From contig CBDUPA010000001.1 of the NCBI GenBank assembly GCA_965368975.1, positions 480,001 through 544,000 of the forward strand: DNA of 64,000 nt, given 5' to 3'. The translations under genes and the position numbers were made by a program. The stretch comes from an uncultured bacterium. Its GTDB lineage: Bacteria > Acidobacteriota > Thermoanaerobaculia > Multivoradales > JAHZIX01. This document shows positions 58,988 to 64,000 of the stretch, piece by piece. How positions within the stretch are numbered: the stretch's first letter is position 1; every line of letters begins with the position of its first letter. The notes under the pieces were generated by a model. That model was not told the DNA's origin. It made no database searches and worked only from the letters and a program-made list of their open reading frames with translations.

Positions 58988-60511
58988 CTATTCCATGGGC
59001 AGGCGCGTACCCGTGGCGGCGAGAGGCGGCGCGGGGACAGCCTCCTGACCGTTGGTGGCACGGTCGAGGACATCGACCGTCTGCTGGAATAGCGAGTCGG
59101 CCTCGGTGCGTGAGTTGCCGATGGCGGTCACGCCGACCTTGCCGTGCTCGGAAAGGGCACCGACCATGTGGAAGAGCACGCCGGTCTTGCGCTCGGAGGA
59201 GAAGCCGAGGCCGTTGGTGTCGAGGATATCCATCAAGTCCTCGGGCAGCAGGCCGTGATAGGCAGGCGAGTGGAGGCTGTCGGTGGCGCGGTAGAACTTC
59301 TTGATGCCGGAGGGAGTGAGGAAGTCACCGTTTTCGGGGTCGAGCGAGCCACCGGTGAGAAATTGCAGTGCCAGAAACGGGATCGTCGTGCCGCCCATGC
59401 GCAGGTTGATCTCGATCGCCCAGGCATGCCAGGCGTCGCCGTCGTGGGTGACGATGAAGTCGACGGCGAAGCGACTGACGACGCCGCGCGCCTTCAGCTC
59501 TTTGCCGATGGCCAGGGCGTGGCGCAGGATGACGTTGCGATAGGCAGCGTCGGCAGGGAAGCGGCAGCCGCTGTACGACTGCCCGGTCGAGCCGCCGAGG
59601 ATCTGGTCGTGGGTCGAGACCACCTCGAGCTCGCCGGTCGGTGTCAGGCGCATCTGGACGCTGGGAGAGAGCAGCTCGTTGCCGGTGACCATCTCTTCGA
59701 CGATGCCGCCCATCGTCGCGAGCTTGGCCAGGAACGCCTCGACGGTCGAAGTACCGAGGATCTCGAGACCGTCGAGACCTCGGCGCAGGGCTTGCCGGCG
59801 CTTCCCGGCGTCGTCCGGCCGCGGTCGTGGATAGTTGAAGAGGGCATTGCCGGCGCCAGCGAAGCCCTGATCGAGCTTGACGACGGCACGCGCCAGCTCT
59901 GGGCGCCAGATGGCGTCGAGGGCATCGACCACCTGCTCGACGGTGCGCAGGCGCTCGCGGCCTGCCGGCAGTGGGACGCCGGCGGCGCGGAAGATCTCGC
60001 GGCTGCCCGACTTGCCGCCGAGGTCGAGCAGGTCGGGGTCGCAGCCGTTGAGCGAAATGCCCAACTCCGTGGCGAGCCGCTGTTCCAGGTCCGTCGAGTT
60101 GAAGCAGGTGAGGTAGGTGTGAGACGGATCCCCCATCGCTCGCCGGATGCGCTCGATCAGGCGCGGCCGTTCGAGGATCTTCTCGGTCAGCGGTCGGATG
60201 GAGCCGTCGTAGCAGCAGAAGAGCTGCAAGCGCCCGCGTGCGCTGCGCGGTGAGACACCGACCAGGAGTCCCAAGTAGTAGTCGACGATCTCGGGGTGCA
60301 GAGCCTGGCTGGTGACGTAGATGACGCGTGCCCGCGGGTCGCGCAGGCGCATCAACGTGAACAGCAGGCGCTCCTCGTAGCGCGGTGCGCCGGAGATCTT
60401 CATCAACTCTTCCGCGTCGAAGCTCAATGACGGTACGACGATCGAGGTGTGCTCGATCGGGTCACCAGCTTCGATCGCCTGCCACAGCTTGGCCAGCCGT
60501 TCATTGCCCAT
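58988..60511 (-). CDS. PGM1-related ATP-grasp peptide ligase
   Basis: YEERLLF, GGKSGSR, VKLDQGFAGAGN, SPSVQ, STHDQ..GG, GCRFPA, EINLRMGGT. Confidence 0.85.
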   Translation of the reverse strand: MGNERLAKLWQAIEAGDPIEHTSIVVPSLSFDAEELMKISGAPRYEERLLFTLMRLRDPRARVIYVTSQALHPEIVDYYLGLLVGVSPRSARGRLQLFCCYDGSIRPLTEKILERPRLIERIRRAMGDPSHTYLTCFNSTDLEQRLATELGISLNGCDPDLLDLGGKSGSREIFRAAGVPLPAGRERLRTVEQVVDALDAIWRPELARAVVKLDQGFAGAGNALFNYPRPRPDDAGKRRQALRRGLDGLEILGTSTVEAFLAKLATMGGIVEEMVTGNELLSPSVQMRLTPTGELEVVSTHDQILGGSTGQSYSGCRFPADAAYRNVILRHALAIGKELKARGVVSRFAVDFIVTHDGDAWHAWAIEINLRMGGTTIPFLALQFLTGGSLDPENGDFLTPSGIKKFYRATDSLHSPAYHGLLPEDLMDILDTNGLGFSSERKTGVLFHMVGALSEHGKVGVTAIGNSRTEADSLFQQTVDVLDRATNGQEAVPAPPLAATGTRLPME

Positions 60512-60652
60512 GTGTGCTTTCACTCCTCGGCGCAGATCGGGATCAGAAAGAATCGGTGGGGTTCATACCGCGCTGAGTTTACTGGCTGGCTGTCACCGTA
60601 GCTACCACTGAGCGTGACTATTTCGCTGCTATTTCCGGTAATGCATCTCTTC

Positions 60653-63073
60653 TCACTCGCTCCTGAGCGCCTCCATGGGATCGATGCTCGAAGCGCGCCT
60701 GGCCGGCAGGTAGCTGGCGGCCAGTCCGACGACGATCATGACGCCGGCGACCGCGGTGTAGAGCAAGGCGTCGAAGGCTTCGACACCGAACAGTAGCGAG
60801 CTGAGGGCTCGTGACGCCAGGAGCGCGACAGCCAGTCCGAGGGCGATACCGACTGCCAGTACGCGCGCGCCCTGTTGGACGATCATCCCTCGCACTCGGC
60901 TGCCGGCGGCGCCCAGAGCCATGCGCAGGCCGATCTCGCGCGTGCGTTCGGCGACAGCGTAGGCCAGCACGCCGTACAGGCCGACGATGCCTAGGATCAG
61001 CGCGAGCAGGGACGCGATGCCGAGGGTCAGGGTAGTGAAGGAGAGCTGGGCCATCGAGCGCGCGGCGAGGTTCTCCATGGTGTACTGGCGGTACATCGGC
61101 GCGAAGGGGGATACTTCGCGCACGAGAGCGCGGATGTCTGGCGCGATGGTCTCGGCACGAGCGGTCTTGAGCACATATGCGGGGGAGGAGACGACCCGGC
61201 TGTTCTCCGGATCTTGACCGACCAGTGGGAAGTAGACCATCGGTTCGGCGTCCTGTCGGAACTCATACTGAAGGACATCATCGACGACACCGACCACTGT
61301 TTCCCAAGTCTCCTCTCCCTCGACCTGGAGCCGCTTGCCAAGTGGGTTCTCGCCTGGCCACATGAGGTCGGCGGCCGACTTGCTCACCAAGATGTTACCG
61401 AGTTGGGTCGTGTGGTCATCCGGCGTGAAGGTACGTCCCTGGAAGACCTCGATGCCCATGGTGCGGAAGTAGTCCCCCGCGGTCCAGGTGAGGCTCAGTG
61501 GCGTGCCGGCGTCTTCCTGGTCCGGCATGTCGGGGGTCCTGAAGCGGGTGCGCCTGACACTCTCGTCCAGCGGCACGTTCTCGACGATACCGACGCGGTC
61601 GACACCGGGTAAGGCGGCCAGGCGTTCCATGAAGTTGGTGTGGAAGCGAGCGTACGAGGGGGCGTCGGTGAGATCGGCGCCCTCTGGGGCGATCTGGAAG
61701 GTGAAGATGTCCTCTGTCTGGTAGCCGGGGTCGACATTACGCAGCTTGTCGAAGCTGCGCAGTAGCAGTGCCGAGCCGACGAGCAGGACCAGCGCCAACG
61801 CCGTCTGTGCGGCGACCAGAGCGTTGCGTCCCCAGTGGCGTCGCCGGCTGGAACCCCGGCCACCTTCGCGCAGTAGAGCCAGCTTGGGTCTGGAAAAGCG
61901 GACCGCCGGTACCAGGCCGCAAAGAAGAGCCGACAGCACGCAGATGCCGAAGGTGAAAAGCAGCGTCGTTGGACTCAGCGTGACGTCGCCGAGACGAGGT
62001 AGGTTTGCGGGTGCGGCACTCACCAGCAGCGGTACTCCTGCCCAGGTGAGTCCGACGGCGACGATACCGGCTAGTGCCGCGACGACCGTCGCTTCAGAAA
62101 GCTGCGAGCGCAAGAGACGGCCGCGCGCGGCACCGAGGGCTCGTCGCACGGCCAGGTCGGGCTGGCGCCTTTCGCCGCGTACCATGAACAGGTTGCCGAC
62201 ATTGGCGCAGGCAATCAGGAGCACGATGCTCATCGAGCCGAGCAGGATCCACAAGGGACCGGAGACGTCACCGAGCAATTGCTCCTCGAGCGTCGAGATC
62301 ACCGGGCTGAACTGCTCGATCACCTGCGCGTAGTTGGCCGAGCCTCCGAAACGCTCCGGTAGCTGACGCGCCAGCGCGGTCAGCTCGGCGCTCAGGGCGT
62401 CGAGATGGGTTCCGGGAGCCAGCCGAGCCACCATGGGTTGTCCGAAGCGGCCCGGACGGATGTCCTCGGTTGGCGGTACGACGGGGATCCACAGCAGAGT
62501 TCCGTCGGTTGGAAACCAGAACTCCGGTCCCATGACGCCGATGATCGTTCGATCTTCGCCTCCCGCGTAGACCGTTCGGCCAAGAATGTCCGGATCCGAG
62601 CCAAACCAGGTCGTCCACAGCGTGTGACTGATCACGAGCACTTCGGACTCATCCTCGTCCGTCGGCAAGCGCCCCATGATCGGGTCGACGCCCAGGGTGG
62701 TGAACAGGGATGTCGTCGGGGCCGACATGCGGATCCGCTCGACCCGGTCGTCGACACGCAGCGTGTTGGTGAACGAGTTGAAGGTCGAGAGGTCCTCGAT
62801 CAGCTCGGAGTTCTCGCGGAAGTGCACCAGGAACTCGGTGGACAGCCAGAACTCGTCCGGCAGGTCGGTGCCGGGCGCCGTGCCGCCGAGGATAACCAAG
62901 CGATCGTTGGCGCGGTAGGGCAGAGGGTCGAGCAGCACCTTGTCGATAACGTTGAAGATTCCGGCATTGACCCCGATCGCCAGGCCCAGGGTGCCGACGG
63001 TCAGGATCAGAAAGCTCGGGGTGCGCAGCAGGCTCCGCAGGGCGTGTCGCAGGTCTCGAATCCAGTCGGTCAT
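60653..63073 (-). CDS. ADOP duplicated orphan ABC permease (MacB/FtsX-like)
   Basis: DLRHALRSL, LLIACANV, AVRRALGA, QTALALVLL, REIGLRMALGA, PARRAS..DPMEALRSE. Confidence 0.92.
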   Translation of the reverse strand: MTDWIRDLRHALRSLLRTPSFLILTVGTLGLAIGVNAGIFNVIDKVLLDPLPYRANDRLVILGGTAPGTDLPDEFWLSTEFLVHFRENSELIEDLSTFNSFTNTLRVDDRVERIRMSAPTTSLFTTLGVDPIMGRLPTDEDESEVLVISHTLWTTWFGSDPDILGRTVYAGGEDRTIIGVMGPEFWFPTDGTLLWIPVVPPTEDIRPGRFGQPMVARLAPGTHLDALSAELTALARQLPERFGGSANYAQVIEQFSPVISTLEEQLLGDVSGPLWILLGSMSIVLLIACANVGNLFMVRGERRQPDLAVRRALGAARGRLLRSQLSEATVVAALAGIVAVGLTWAGVPLLVSAAPANLPRLGDVTLSPTTLLFTFGICVLSALLCGLVPAVRFSRPKLALLREGGRGSSRRRHWGRNALVAAQTALALVLLVGSALLLRSFDKLRNVDPGYQTEDIFTFQIAPEGADLTDAPSYARFHTNFMERLAALPGVDRVGIVENVPLDESVRRTRFRTPDMPDQEDAGTPLSLTWTAGDYFRTMGIEVFQGRTFTPDDHTTQLGNILVSKSAADLMWPGENPLGKRLQVEGEETWETVVGVVDDVLQYEFRQDAEPMVYFPLVGQDPENSRVVSSPAYVLKTARAETIAPDIRALVREVSPFAPMYRQYTMENLAARSMAQLSFTTLTLGIASLLALILGIVGLYGVLAYAVAERTREIGLRMALGAAGSRVRGMIVQQGARVLAVGIALGLAVALLASRALSSLLFGVEAFDALLYTAVAGVMIVVGLAASYLPARRASSIDPMEALRSE

Positions 63074-63168
63074 GGTCTAGGCCTTCCTTCGCTGAAGGGT
63101 AGAAGATCTCGGTCTCTAAGCTAAACGCACGAAGGTGGCTTTAGGTTGCACTCTCGGAGACGAGAATG

Positions 63169-63636
63169 TCAGCAGCGAGTATCCGGACCGTCGACGTTCA
63201 TTTCCGGGTCGACGACCCAAGTTTGACCGGACGCCTGGATGCGCACCGTGAAGGTGAATTCCGGTCCCGCGTTGACCACCTCGAAGGGCTGGCCGTCGGC
63301 GTCGAGGAACTGCCACGCGCCGGTACCGTCGCGTTGTCCGGTGACTCCGCTCGCTCTCGCCAGGTACTTCGTATCGGCTTCGCTGAAGGGACTGTACGTC
63401 TCGCCGTGCAGTCGCTGGAAGGTGGCGCGGAGCTGCGGTGTCTCGCCTTGGAGTAAGTCGTCGGTGTGCTCCAGGAAAAGGCAGATCTCATCGCCAGCCT
63501 TGCAGGCGAAGGGCTGGGTCAGCAACCCGGTTTTCTTCTCGCTTTCGGTCCAGCTGTAGTAGACGAGTTTGGAGCTCTTGTAGCGCGCGGAGTCGCTGTC
63601 GTTCAGACGTAGGGTGAGGTTGTATTGCTTGCTCAT
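63169..63636 (-). CDS. Hypothetical beta-rich protein
   Basis: AGGAG SD before MSKQYNL; ends ...WVVDPEMNV. Confidence 0.55.
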   Translation of the reverse strand: MSKQYNLTLRLNDSDSARYKSSKLVYYSWTESEKKTGLLTQPFACKAGDEICLFLEHTDDLLQGETPQLRATFQRLHGETYSPFSEADTKYLARASGVTGQRDGTGAWQFLDADGQPFEVVNAGPEFTFTVRIQASGQTWVVDPEMNVDGPDTRC

Positions 63637-63754
63637 CTCGCATCTCCTGCGGTTGGGGAAAGTGGTACGAATGTTTTCCGCGATGCAGCAATGACCCGCC
63701 ACCTGGTGACGGGCTGCCCAGGGAGGCGGCGGGCCATTGCGTCGAGGATCGCGG

Positions 63755-64000
63755 TTACTCGGCTCCGGCGGCGATCTCTCCGTCCTGTTCCTTCTTGGCC
63801 GAAGTCTCGCGATCGGTGGTTCCCGAGAAGCCGGTGATCGTCACCTTTCCCGGAGTGCCGTCTGCGTAGGAGCCTTCTCGTGAAGTGTAGATCGGCTTGG
63901 CGCCGGAGATCGGCGTGACGGAGATGCTGCCAGCCTCCAGCACGCAGTAGTTCTGCTGGAATGCGACCGTGGCGGTGTCACTGGTCTGCGTGTTGATGAA
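63755..64000 (-). CDS. 3' part of a hypothetical protein (starts outside window)
   Basis: Frame stays open from 64000 to the stop at 63755: FINTQTSDTATVAFQQNYCVLEAG... Confidence 0.5.
   Translation of the reverse strand, partial: FINTQTSDTATVAFQQNYCVLEAGSISVTPISGAKPIYTSREGSYADGTPGKVTITGFSGTTDRETSAKKEQDGEIAAGAE

Overview
GC-rich bacterial chromosomal window. It is most likely Acidobacteriota (Thermoanaerobaculia-like), inferred from an ADOP duplicated orphan permease, an IPTL-CTERM surface protein and a 'KLxLHRETL...V-x-GG' peptide leader. About 50 real CDS sit among many shadow ORFs. No rRNA, tRNA, CRISPR array or transposase was seen. Main blocks, left to right: (1) a minus-strand operon of pentaheme cytochrome, beta-barrel porin, octaheme cytochrome and a 2x cNMP-binding/4Fe-4S protein, cut off at the left edge; (2) ppsA, hemB, hemL and a ferredoxin; (3) a split VioB-like/ferritin-like pair, an orphan double-core RiPP precursor, and an ABC-F ATPase with an MSK uORF/anti-SD attenuator; (4) an MBL hydrolase, a tandem Trypco-like lipoprotein and an EEP protein; (5) TetR with an ABC permease/M1 peptidase fusion; (6) a two-gene TIR + standalone SLOG cassette, a candidate Thoeris-like defence system; (7) mazEF, an ActP-like symporter and an AhpD-like gene whose in-frame UGA is followed by a SECIS-like hairpin (CxxU selenoprotein); (8) an ECF sigma/anti-sigma pair, LytS/LytTR, MbnP with a membrane-fused MbnH, and a Tat-exported alpha-hydroxy-acid oxidase; (9) a DUF3524 glycosyltransferase, a PGM1-like ATP-grasp ligase and the ADOP permease. 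All family calls come from reading motifs by eye, not from database searches.
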